Source: an uncultured Acidobacteriota bacterium
GTDB lineage: Bacteria; Acidobacteriota; Vicinamibacteria; Vicinamibacterales; UBA2999
Direction: 5' to 3'
DNA length: 64,000 nt
NCBI GenBank assembly: GCA_963773045.1
Contig: CAVYZT010000009.1
Span: 257,857-321,856 of the forward strand
In this document: positions 48,219 to 57,011 of the stretch, piece by piece
How the letters are laid out: every line of letters begins with the position of its first letter
Numbering within the stretch: the stretch's first letter is position 1
Notes under the pieces: generated by a model
Told to the model about the DNA's origin: nothing
The model's input: the letters and a program-made list of their open reading frames with translations, nothing else
Databases searched by the model: none
Made by a program: the position numbers and the translations under genes

Positions 48219-49972
48219 TTGCGCCCCCTCCGTCCTGTGGTCGTTGCCTGGCCGTCGATTGGCGGGGGGTCCGCGTGGCGGCTGTGAATCATCTGCGACT
48301 GCTCGTCCTGACGCGCCACTTCGCGATCGCGTTCCTGAAGTTCTGAGATTTCCGAGGCTTGTTCCTCTGCTTCGAATTCCCGGCGCAGCGCCGCGATTCG
48401 CGCCTCGTGCGCTTCTCGCCTCCGCCGGCGCTCGCGCTGCACGGCCTCGGCCGCATGTTGCTGCGCGACCCCCGCCGCCTTCTCGCGCGCTTCTTGCACT
48501 ACCCGCGCCGACCCGGTGAGCGCGCCCTCCGGTCCGAGATACACGTCTCGCAGCTCGATGCCCCGGTCGGTCAACAGGAACTCGCGCAATTGATTCGAGT
48601 GCGCCATGCCGCGTGACTTGAGGATGGAAATCTGGCGGTTGCGCTCGCCGGAGGACTCGACGGTCCGCAGCAAGATCCAGGTATCGACGAGCGACGAGAT
48701 GCCAACCTCGGTGGCTTCGAGGACCTGGTTGCCCGACGTCAGATCGGTCAGCAGGACCGTAATCTGGCGCACCTTTAGAAAATCGATCAGGCGGATCAGC
48801 ATGATGCCGGCCTCCCGAGTGGTGCCGGCGTGCAGCAGGCTGCTGATCGGATCGAAGATGACCGCGCGCGTCTCAAAGTCCTGAATACGCCTGAGCACTC
48901 TCGCCAAGTGGGCTTCCAGGCCGTACAGGTTCGGTCGCGTGCTGTGAATCTCGAGGAGTCCCTGGTTCGTCCACCGCTCGAGGTCGAGCCCGATCGAGCG
49001 CATGTTGCGCACGATTTGTCCAGGCGACTCTTCGAGGGCCAGATACAAACAGCGCTCGCCTCGCGCGCACGACGCGTCCGCGAAATGCGCGGCCACGCTG
49101 GTCTTGCCGCTGCCTGCGGTTCCAGAGATCAGGACCGTAGTGCCCCGGTAGTACCCTCCGTCTCCCAGCATCGTGTCGAGACGGGGGACGCCACTGGGGA
49201 CCCGTTCATCGCTGGCGATGTGCGCCAGGCCAAGCGAGGTGATGGGCAGGACGTTGAACCCGGTTTCGTCGATGAGAAACGGGTACTCGTTGGTGCCATG
49301 CGTCGTCCCCCGATACTTCACGATGCGCAGCCGGCGCGTGGAGAGCTGATCGGTCACGCGATGGTCGAGGACGATGACGCAATCCGAGATGTACTCCTCG
49401 AGGCCGTGCCTCGTCAGCAGACCCTCCCCGCGTTCGCCGGTGATCACGGCCGTTACCTGCCGGTCCTTGAGCCAGCGGAACAGTCGACGCAGTTCGGCCC
49501 TCAGGATGGATTCATTGGAGAGACCGGAAAACAACGTCTCGAGAGTGTCGAGCACGACCCGCTTGGCGCCAATCGTGTCGATGGCATGCCCCAGGCGGAC
49601 AAAGAGGCCTTCGAGATCGTACTCACCGGTCTCGTCGATCTCGCTCCGCTCGACCCGGACAAAGTCCACGACCAGCAGCTTGCGATCGATCAAACCGTCG
49701 AGGTCGAACCCCAACGAGCGGACGTTCTGCGTCAGTTCCCGGGCGGACTCTTCGAAGGTCAGCAAGACGCCCGGCTCGCCGTATTCGGTGGCGCCGCGGA
49801 CCAGGAACTCCATCCCCATGAGCGTTTTACCGCACCCGGCGCTGCCACATACCAGCGTCGAGCGGCCGCGGGGAAAACCGCCGAACGTAATCTCATCCAG
49901 CCCGCGTATGCCCGTAGGAGTTTTGGGCAGCTGAGGCTCAGAGTAGGTAGATGGGGGACCGGCCTTGGGCAT
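48215..49972 (-). CDS. kaiC: KaiC-family double-domain ATPase with an extended charged C-terminal tail
   Basis: ATG 49972. [17 protein letters not shown]. Two Walker A motifs (GSAGCGKT and GTAGSGKT). [11 protein letters not shown] lies at the position of the cyanobacterial phosphosite segment. The last ~90 aa are Arg/Glu/Ala-rich ([47 protein letters not shown]). Confidence 0.9.
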   Translation of the reverse strand: MPKAGPPSTYSEPQLPKTPTGIRGLDEITFGGFPRGRSTLVCGSAGCGKTLMGMEFLVRGATEYGEPGVLLTFEESARELTQNVRSLGFDLDGLIDRKLLVVDFVRVERSEIDETGEYDLEGLFVRLGHAIDTIGAKRVVLDTLETLFSGLSNESILRAELRRLFRWLKDRQVTAVITGERGEGLLTRHGLEEYISDCVIVLDHRVTDQLSTRRLRIVKYRGTTHGTNEYPFLIDETGFNVLPITSLGLAHIASDERVPSGVPRLDTMLGDGGYYRGTTVLISGTAGSGKTSVAAHFADASCARGERCLYLALEESPGQIVRNMRSIGLDLERWTNQGLLEIHSTRPNLYGLEAHLARVLRRIQDFETRAVIFDPISSLLHAGTTREAGIMLIRLIDFLKVRQITVLLTDLTSGNQVLEATEVGISSLVDTWILLRTVESSGERNRQISILKSRGMAHSNQLREFLLTDRGIELRDVYLGPEGALTGSARVVQEAREKAAGVAQQHAAEAVQRERRRRREAHEARIAALRREFEAEEQASEISELQERDREVARQDEQSQMIHSRHADPPPIDGQATTTGRRGRK

Positions 49973-50118
49973 CTTAGGGTTCTTTCTGTGAGGCAACCTC
50001 AGAAACCGCCTTTCGATGAGTAGTCGGGAAAGTGAAGAAAGCAACAAGCAAGCCATAGTGAAATGCAGGCGGAGTTCTTGGTTCGAAGCGGGATGGGTAG
50101 ATAATTGGAGCCTCCCAA

Positions 50119-50409
50119 ATGGCTGAACACGAGTTGAGCGCCAGCTTCGCTGCGTCTGACGATGTCGTCTCCCGCCGCCTCGACGACATCGTGGTTCTCA
50201 TCCACCTGAAAACCAACCGGATCTTCGAGCTCAACGCGACCGGCGCGCGTCTCTGGGAATTGATCAGCGCTGGAACGGATACCGGCGAGATCCGCGAGAT
50301 CATGCTGAACGAGTTCGACGTGGCGCCAGCTGAGCTGGCCAACGCCATCGCGTCGTTGACCAGGCTGCTCGCCTCAGAGGAACTGATTGCCAAGCGCGAC
50401 GCCGGTTAG
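50119..50409 (+). CDS. PqqD-family RiPP recognition element (lasso B1)
   Basis: 96 aa with ggag 9 nt upstream. ..VVLIHLKTNRIFELNATGARLWELISAGTDTGEIREIMLNEFDV.PAEL..AIASLTRLL is the PqqD/RRE pattern. Confidence 0.8.
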   Translation: MAEHELSASFAASDDVVSRRLDDIVVLIHLKTNRIFELNATGARLWELISAGTDTGEIREIMLNEFDVAPAELANAIASLTRLLASEELIAKRDAG

Positions 50410-52265
50410 CCGCCCTGCGGCCGAGCTCACGTGCCAATGGGTGGCGCGCGTGCCTCTGCGTTCTTCCGGGTCTTCAAGCGGATTCAGCATCACGGGCGAG
50501 CGGGGACGGTTTCTCAGCTCGGTTCAGCGGCACTCGTCGGCCGCGATGTTCAGCGGTCATCTCCACAATCGTCCGGCCCTGATCGCGACACTTGGAGGAC
50601 CCGGAGAGTCGCTCGACGATGCCGAGTTGATGCTGCGCGCGTACGAACGCTGGGGGCAGGACTGTCCTCGCCAGATCCGCGGCATCTTCGCTACCGTGAT
50701 CTGGGACGCGGACCACGCCACGGTGTTTGCGGCCCGCGATCGGATTGGCGTCCATCCGCTGTTCTGGGCGAGTACAGGATCCGATCTTCTGTTCTCGTCG
50801 TCGATCCTCTCGCTGGCTTCTGATCCCCGGGTCTCGCGAGCACCGAATCGCTCCGCGATGGTGGATCACATCAGACACACCTGGGGCGACCACCCGACCG
50901 AGACATTCTTCCAGGCCATCCGTCGCGTCCCTGCCGGTCACGCCTTTGCTGGCTCCTACGGCCAGCTGCGCGAATGGCCCTACTGGCACGTCCTGAAGCC
51001 TGATCGAGAGATCGATTGGATGGCAGACGAGGAGGCCGATCGCTTCGACACGATGCTCGACGAGGCCGTCGAGCGCTGCCTGGAGTTGGGACCGAGCGCG
51101 ATCTTTCTGAGCGGCGGGCTGGATTCGGTGAGCGTCGCCGCCGCGGCGATCGACCTGTCGCGGCGATCGGGACGGCGCGCGCCGCTCGCGTTGTCGTTGG
51201 CGTTTCCACACCCTGAGTGCAATGAAGAAGACGTCCAGCGCGGCGTGGCGTCTGGTCTGGGCATTCCACAACTCATCTATCCGTTCGAGGAAACGGTTCA
51301 ACCCCACGGCTTGATGGAGTCGGCCCTTGCCTTGACGCGGAAGATGGGCGCACCGCTGGAGAACCCTTGGGAGCCGGCGTACCACCGTCTCAGACACGAG
51401 GCGCGTCAGCGTGATTGCCAGGTGATCATGACGGGCAATGGCGGCGACGACTGGCTCACGGTGGATCCGTATTACGTCGCGGATCTTCTGCGCACGTGGA
51501 ATGCCGGTGATCTGATTGAACTGCTGCGCAACTCGTTGCGGTCGGTACGATCTGCCCCGCGTCGCCCACGTCCGCCGCTTGCTGTGGAACTACGGGCTCC
51601 GGCCGTTGCTGTCGCGGCGGTTGTCGCGACTGCTCACGCGAGTGGCGCCTTCGGTCCTGGCCACGCATCGGCGCCACCGGCAAGAGTCGGTGACGCCCGA
51701 TTGGCTCGCGCCGGATCCGGAACTGCGCCGCGAATCGGTTCGCCGATTTGCCGAGGTGGCCGAGCGCATACGGCGGCGGCCGGCGCCAACCGGTCCGTAC
51801 GGGTTCTTCTCGATGGAAGGCCCAACCGGATTCATCCGGCCGTCGATGGCCATGGAGTTCGAAGAGCAATTCGAGTTCAGCCGGATGACGCAGACCCTCG
51901 AGATGGCTCCGTATTGGGATGCGGACCTGGTCGAGTTCCTCCATCGCATCCCGCCAAGAATCCTGGACAAGGGCGGGCGCGCTAAAGGAATGGTTCGCGA
52001 GACGGTGGCCAGACGCTTCCCACGGCTGGGCTTCGACCGCCAACGCAAGGTGTCAGCGGCAAACTATTTCGTCTCGGTGCTCTCCACTGCAGGCGCGGCA
52101 GCTTGGCAACGCTCGGGCGGCGCCAAAGAGTTGGCGCGATTAGGAGTGGTTGGCCCAGGCGTGAGCGAGTTCGCTCGCCAGGCCTTCGAGTCTCGAGACA
52201 CGGCGCAAATGCCCCAGATCTTGGATATCATGCACTTGGAAGAATGGGTGCGGGCACATGTCTGA
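50387..52265 (+). CDS. asparagine-synthetase-like lasso cyclase (C protein), one apparent frameshift near 51544
   Basis: RIGVHPLFWA, AIFLSGGLDSVSVAAAA (PP-loop SGGxDS) and GNGGDDW are in frame 1. The reading continues as YDLPRVAHVRRLLWNYGLRP...PYWDADLVEFLHRIPP in the 51516..52265 ORF. The exact start is uncertain. Confidence 0.8.
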
Positions 52266-52291
52266 TCCCGAGGCCGGCCAGAGGAGGCCAG

Positions 52292-52468
52292 ATGCAAAGA
52301 GATTCGGAGCGGAAACATTCGACCGAGCGCACCGAGAAAAAACCGTGGGAGACTCCGAAGCTGTCGTACGTCGGCGCGGTCGAGGACGTGGTCCAGCAGG
52401 GCGACGGCAAGCTCACAGCGGTTGCGGCCGATCCTGGTGAGAGCAAGAAGACGAAGCCTTCAGGCTGA
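52292..52468 (+). CDS. lasso-peptide precursor (A peptide), 58 aa
   Basis: ATG 52292 is preceded by gaggagg. MQRDSERKHSTERTEKKPWETPKLSYVGAVEDVVQQGDGKLTAVAADPGESKKTKPSG. W-x-x-P-x-L-x3-G matches the conserved lasso leader motif YxxPxLxxxG. The gene sits between the cyclase and kinase genes. Confidence 0.7.
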   Translation: MQRDSERKHSTERTEKKPWETPKLSYVGAVEDVVQQGDGKLTAVAADPGESKKTKPSG

Positions 52469-52474
52469 GCACGT

Positions 52475-53422
52475 TTGACGCCTTTCGCGGCGTCACCGCC
52501 GCCTTCCATGCTTTCGCTCGCCATCCTCCAGGGAGAGGACCAGCATCCAACCCAACTGGATCCATCCGCGCCAGGCGTAAACATCTGGCGAAGCCCGGAC
52601 GGGCAGCCGGTGGCGTTCTCTTCCACCAACGGCGATCGGCGCTGCCTCGATTGGCCGGGCGTCGCGAGCTTTGAATTCTCCGCCGGCTCCGCTCACATCA
52701 CGGCCATCCCCTATCGGCCGGCCCGCCCCGACCTCATCACCGAAGCGTTTCATCACAGCGTCTTGCCGCTGGCACTGCAGTCGCTCGGCCGTGAGGCCAT
52801 ACACGCCAGCGGTGTCCTGACTTCGCAGGGCGTGGTCGGTTTCTGCGGCCACGCTGAAGTCGGCAAGTCCACCATGGCGTACGCGTTGAGCCAACGCGGA
52901 TATGCCGCATGGTCGGACGATGCAGTGGTGTTTGAGATCGTTCGGCAACAGCCGCGTTCGCTGCGCCTGCCCTTCGAGTTCAGGTTGAGGCCACCTTCCG
53001 CCGCGCATTTCGGAACTCCAGCGCGACTGCAGCCCGAGACTGTGGCAGACGTGAACCAGAGAGCGCCGATCGCCGCCTTGTGCGTCCTGGCTCGCCAGAC
53101 CCCAGAGTCGGAGACGGGTGTCTCGATTGCCAGACTCGAAGGGCGTGCCGCGCTCACGACGGTGCTGGGACACGCGCTCTGCTTCGACTGGCACGATGGT
53201 GCGCGCAAGCGGCAGTTGCTCGTCAATTATCTGGCCCTGGCGTCCTCGATTCGAGTCTTCGACGTGCGCGTGCAGCCTTCGCTCGCCCGCCTCTCACACG
53301 TGGTGGACGCCATCGTCGATCGCGTGGTCGCCCCGTTGGCGGCGCGCGGTTCGCTCTCGCACCAGGTCGCGGTAGTTGGGCCGGGACCGGAACCAGCCGG
53401 CATAGGCAGTCTTCGGCGCTGA
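52475..53422 (+). CDS. HPr-kinase-like serine kinase (lasso tailoring kinase candidate)
   Basis: IHASGVLTSQGVVGFCGHAEVGKSTMAYALSQRGYAAWSDDAVVFE parallels the HprK P-loop segment (..G.GVL..G.SG.GKS..AL.L..RG..LV.DD). TTG start in the track; an alternative ATG lies at 52508. Confidence 0.7.
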   Translation: MTPFAASPPPSMLSLAILQGEDQHPTQLDPSAPGVNIWRSPDGQPVAFSSTNGDRRCLDWPGVASFEFSAGSAHITAIPYRPARPDLITEAFHHSVLPLALQSLGREAIHASGVLTSQGVVGFCGHAEVGKSTMAYALSQRGYAAWSDDAVVFEIVRQQPRSLRLPFEFRLRPPSAAHFGTPARLQPETVADVNQRAPIAALCVLARQTPESETGVSIARLEGRAALTTVLGHALCFDWHDGARKRQLLVNYLALASSIRVFDVRVQPSLARLSHVVDAIVDRVVAPLAARGSLSHQVAVVGPGPEPAGIGSLRR

Positions 53423-53998
53423 GCCGACGACGTCGGTCACGCGGTGTCGCAGACCGGGATCGATGCGAAACATCAGGGCGTCGCCGATGCCGAGATTTGC
53501 GATCTCACAGAACACGTGATCGGAATCGGCCTGACGCATTTGCAGCAACCCGCCGCTGTAGGGTGTCGCGCTCAAGTTGATGCTCAACGCGATCATTCGA
53601 TCGCCACCGACATCCGAGTGCCACGAGTCGTAGTGGCCTTGCCCGGGCACCATCCGATACACCCGGCCGACAAACGATCCGATTGGTCCGCAGCCGGTGA
53701 GGGTGCGAACGATCGCGAAAAACTCCGGATCGTTGGCCAGCAGTTCGAGGACTCCGGTTGCCAGTCCGTGCCGCGCGCAAAGCTCCGACCCGATGCCTTC
53801 GTGTTCGTAATCGGAGAAGCTGGTCTGCTCGAACGCCGTCAACACCGCGGTGACAAGCTCGGGCGCCAGCAGGCTGGGCAGCAGGATGCAGTGTCCCTGC
53901 TCGAATCGCTGGCGCGCCTGAGTCAGGGCTGAGGCATCCGGAACGGCGACGCCCCGGTGGCGAAGCTGAACGATCATGCGGGCCTTCTCTGGAATCAT
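53294..53998 (-). CDS. 2OG-Fe(II) oxygenase-superfamily protein
   Basis: 234 aa. WHSDVGGD (HxD) plus the distal LRHRV His within a beta-rich core. It lies downstream of the B2 gene on the same strand. Confidence 0.6.
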   Translation of the reverse strand: MIPEKARMIVQLRHRGVAVPDASALTQARQRFEQGHCILLPSLLAPELVTAVLTAFEQTSFSDYEHEGIGSELCARHGLATGVLELLANDPEFFAIVRTLTGCGPIGSFVGRVYRMVPGQGHYDSWHSDVGGDRMIALSINLSATPYSGGLLQMRQADSDHVFCEIANLGIGDALMFRIDPGLRHRVTDVVGSAPKTAYAGWFRSRPNYRDLVRERTARRQRGDHAIDDGVHHV

Positions 53999-54132
53999 TT
54001 ACGCATTTGACGCCCTTGGATCAGGAGTCCCGGTGACGGGCACCGGCCGCGCGCCAGTGGTGACAGGCCTGATCGGGGCGCTCGAGACATTCGACACGTG
54101 GGGTTGACGCGAGCATTCCCGGCGACACAACG

Positions 54133-54576
54133 CTATTGGGCGATGGCGCGATCGAATGCCGCGAAGCGTTCACGGACATCGTCGTCGTCGTTGAGCACGA
54201 TGCCGCCGTGTTCCACCCACGCGTGCGCCTCGATCTCCGTGCTGGCCTTGCGCACGCCGAATCGGAGCACCGCGTTAATGCCCTGGCGCCGCAACAACCA
54301 CCAGAGAACGACCGAATGCGGCAGGCAGCTGACGCGAAACAACCCTCGTTCCGCTGCCAGCCGCACCAATCGGGTCGTCGCGTGCACTCGTTCGAGTGGG
54401 GAGGACGCGCCGTCCGACGGACGCGGCAGCGTGGTCGAGATCAACGACTGGAGGCGCGCAAAACTGAGCAAGCGAAGCGCGCCGGCCGTGAGCGGCAGCA
54501 GAGCCAGCGCCTGAAGAAATATCCATCTGTCGCGCGGTGACAGTTGGTCGAATGCGCGCCAGCGGTTGAGCCGCAC
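54133..54576 (-). CDS. lasso peptide biosynthesis B2 protein (transglutaminase-like leader peptidase)
   Basis: 147 aa. C..H..D arrangement: RVSCLPHSVVLWWLLRRQGI..LRFGV..EAHAWVEHGGIVLNDD. Confidence 0.85.
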   Translation of the reverse strand: MRLNRWRAFDQLSPRDRWIFLQALALLPLTAGALRLLSFARLQSLISTTLPRPSDGASSPLERVHATTRLVRLAAERGLFRVSCLPHSVVLWWLLRRQGINAVLRFGVRKASTEIEAHAWVEHGGIVLNDDDDVRERFAAFDRAIAQ

Positions 54577-54693
54577 CCGGAAAAGCTACCACGGCATCCG
54601 GGATCCGGCACGCGGCAGACGGCAGATGACAGACGGCCGCTGCGACATCATGCCGCAGGGCGCATCGGAAGTCGCCGACCTAGGATTGAATCC

Positions 54694-55956
54694 ATGCGAT
54701 TGGCGCTTGTCCTTGCCGCACTGATCTCGATTGGTCACTCATTGCTCGCCGGCTCGCCGGGCGAGGTCACTTTCGCGGTCAAGGACCGCGTGAACAGCAC
54801 GCCATGGGTCGCAGCCGCTGGATCGTTCGTCGCGGTGGCGTGGGGCGCGTCGGCGAATGGCAAGGGCGATGTCTACGTCGCCGTCAGCCGTGATGGAGGG
54901 CAGACGTTTGGTCAGCCGGTGCAAGTGAATGCGACCGCTGGCGAGGCCCGGCTCGGTGGCGAGATCCCGCCGCGAGTCGCGCTCCTGACGGCGAACGCGT
55001 CCACCGTTCCCGAGATCGCCGTCTTGTGGAATGCGCGCGGTGAGACCACGTCGATCAAAACGTCTCGATCGCGAGACGGCGGCCGCACGTTCGATCCGCC
55101 AGTCGTCTTGCAGACGATGGGCGCGCCTGGCGATCGGGGTTGGCCTGCACTCGCTCTGGATCAGCAAGGCATCGCACATGCCATCTGGCTGGACCACCGC
55201 GGGCTCGCGGCGGACCGCCTCGAGGGTCACGCGGACCATAAGAGCGCGGGCGAGCATGACGGCGTCGCAATGGCTCAGCGCTCCGGGTTGTACTACGCGG
55301 CAACCGGCCAGTCGTCCTTGCCGCGCGAGCGGGAGCTCTTCAAAGGCGTCTGCTACTGCTGCAAGACCGCGCTCAGTGTCGGGCCCGACGGCGCCGTCTA
55401 TGCCGCGTGGCGGCACGTCTACCAGGGCAACATCCGGGACATCGCCTTTACGGTGTCACGGGACGGTGGTCGATCGTTTTCAGCGCCGGTCCGGGTGAGC
55501 GAGGACAAGTGGGAGCTGAACGGATGCCCAGACGATGGGCCGGCGATGGTGGTGGATGCGCGAGGCACGGTGCACCTGGTCTGGCCCACGCTGATTGGCG
55601 GAACCAATCCGGAAGGCGCCCTCTTCTATGCGTCTTCGCGTGACGGGCGATCGTTCACGCCGCGCGTGCGGATTCCGACGCTTGGCAGCCCGAAGCCGTC
55701 GCACCCCCAAATCGCCATCGACTCGGCCGGCCGCGTCGTCGTCGCGTGGGACGAATCCGTGAATGGCCGCCGAGTGGCTGCGGCGCGGGTCCTGAATCGC
55801 GACGCCGGGCAGCGTGTCGGTGAACCGATCACGCTCGCTGCCGATGGAGCGTCCACGTATCCGGTTCTCGCCGCCACCGACCGGGGAGTGATTGCGGTCT
55901 GGACCACGGGCGGTGAGTCTGCCGTCGTCCGCGCGCGCCAGTTGCTGTTGCCCTAA
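54694..55956 (+). CDS. BNR/sialidase-fold (exo-alpha-sialidase-like) secreted protein
   Basis: ATG 54694 and a signal peptide. Four Asp-box-like repeats: SRDGGQTF, SRDGGRTF, SRDGGRSF, SRDGRSF. Confidence 0.75.
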   Translation: MRLALVLAALISIGHSLLAGSPGEVTFAVKDRVNSTPWVAAAGSFVAVAWGASANGKGDVYVAVSRDGGQTFGQPVQVNATAGEARLGGEIPPRVALLTANASTVPEIAVLWNARGETTSIKTSRSRDGGRTFDPPVVLQTMGAPGDRGWPALALDQQGIAHAIWLDHRGLAADRLEGHADHKSAGEHDGVAMAQRSGLYYAATGQSSLPRERELFKGVCYCCKTALSVGPDGAVYAAWRHVYQGNIRDIAFTVSRDGGRSFSAPVRVSEDKWELNGCPDDGPAMVVDARGTVHLVWPTLIGGTNPEGALFYASSRDGRSFTPRVRIPTLGSPKPSHPQIAIDSAGRVVVAWDESVNGRRVAAARVLNRDAGQRVGEPITLAADGASTYPVLAATDRGVIAVWTTGGESAVVRARQLLLP

Positions 55957-56491
55957 TCCGATCATCGGAGGGCTCGACAACCGAGACGAACGCCCTGGCC
56001 GAGCCGGCGTTCCTTCCATTCGCGCCGTCCGCTCCCGGAGTGGACCCCTGAGCGTTGGCCGCATTCGGAAGGTCCCAAAGAAGTGGCGACGTGTTGATCG
56101 CGGCATCCTCGCTCGCCCACACCAGGCGGCGCGCGTAAATCGTCACGTCCGCCTCGGGCACGCAGAACTCGCCGTGCACTTCGAGCGTGTCGCAGCAAAT
56201 CGTCAGCGACCGCGTCGCCATCAGGAACTTTGTCGGGTCCTTCTTCTGGGTCGTGGCGTTCAGCCTCTGAGCCTTGCGGTCGATGTGAAGTGTCTCCCAG
56301 AGCCCGTTGGGATGTCCGGCGGCCAAGACAATTTGCACTCCGACGATCGTGTGATCTTGACCGCCACTGATGTTGTCGGTGGCGGAGCGCGTCAGATAGA
56401 GCGTGCTGTCGGCCTTGGGCGGCTGCGGGTGAGATTCGAGGAATGTGCACTGAGGGCTCACTGTCGACAGATCAGCAATCTCGTTGCTCAT
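55829..56491 (-). CDS. hypothetical protein, probably a 3'-truncated gene remnant
   Basis: ATG 56491 is preceded by ggaggaatc. About 175 aa of balanced sequence (MSNEIADLSTVSPQCTFLESH...TPGADGANGRNAGSARAFVSVVEPSDD). It then turns Arg-rich exactly where it enters the 3' end of the opposite-strand BNR gene (55956). Confidence 0.4.
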   Translation of the reverse strand: MSNEIADLSTVSPQCTFLESHPQPPKADSTLYLTRSATDNISGGQDHTIVGVQIVLAAGHPNGLWETLHIDRKAQRLNATTQKKDPTKFLMATRSLTICCDTLEVHGEFCVPEADVTIYARRLVWASEDAAINTSPLLWDLPNAANAQGSTPGADGANGRNAGSARAFVSVVEPSDDRIRATATGARGRRQTHRPWSRPQSLPGRWRREPDTWTLHRQRA

Positions 56492-56568
56492 GATTCCTCC
56501 GCTCAGAGTCGGTGCGCGTTGGCTCAGCGGGCCTGACGATCGCCCGAGTGTTTTTCGCCGATCGATTT

Positions 56569-56990
56569 CTATTGATTCCAGTCCAGCGCTTCGAAGGCCG
56601 CCAACTCGGCTTCCAGTCGCCACTGCTCTCGCGCGCGTTCGCTGGACGTGAGAAAGGCCGCACATGCCGAAGAGGGAGACGACGATCCCGGCGAAGTGTC
56701 TTCGCAGTCTTCGACAACTGCTAATGGATCGTGGCGTCGCCACAGGCTCCGGCCGGGCAGAAAGCTGTAGTGGAGTGCGTTTCTCGCCAGATCCTTCAAG
56801 TCCCGGTAGCCCAGCCCGTAGCCTACCGCTGCCCGCAAGAACTCGTTGCTCAGATCGATCCGGGAAACTCCCTCGTCGTCGGTAGCGAGCGTGAGCGGCG
56901 CTTTGGCCGCCCTGTAAGTCTTGAAAGGATGCTGCTCTCCTCTGATTCCAAGGATGACGTCGTTGCCGCTCGATGCTCTAGACTCCGAGG
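56569..56990 (-). pseudogene. adenosine/AMP-deaminase-family gene fragment (C-terminal third only, no start codon)
   Basis: Hand translation upstream of the 89-aa track ORF, in the same frame, gives ..ASSGNDVILGIRGEQHPFKTYRAAKAPLTLATDDEGVSRIDLSNEF-LRAAVGYGLGYRDLKDLARNALHYSFLPG. This includes the ..HP..........TDD....... and ..LA.N....SFL motifs of the A_deaminase family. The frame has no ATG/GTG/TTG upstream and runs into the patatin gene start. Confidence 0.7.
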
Positions 56991-57011
56991 GTCTGAACCA
57001 AGGGAGTCGAT

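Noticed and set aside
50040-50118. Possible tRNA or small RNA in the lower-GC kaiC/PqqD divergent region (contains ggttcgaagcggg)
   Set aside because: The match to a T-arm (GGTTCGAATCC) is partial. I could not build an acceptor stem or an anticodon arm around it. The region is better explained as a divergent promoter.
55829-56743. 304-aa ORF as a complete gene
   Set aside because: The first 84 codons overlap the deaminase remnant and intergenic DNA and lack an RBS, whereas ATG 56491 has ggaggaatc upstream. The last ~45 codons are antisense to the BNR gene 3' end. Only the central ~175 aa look genuine.
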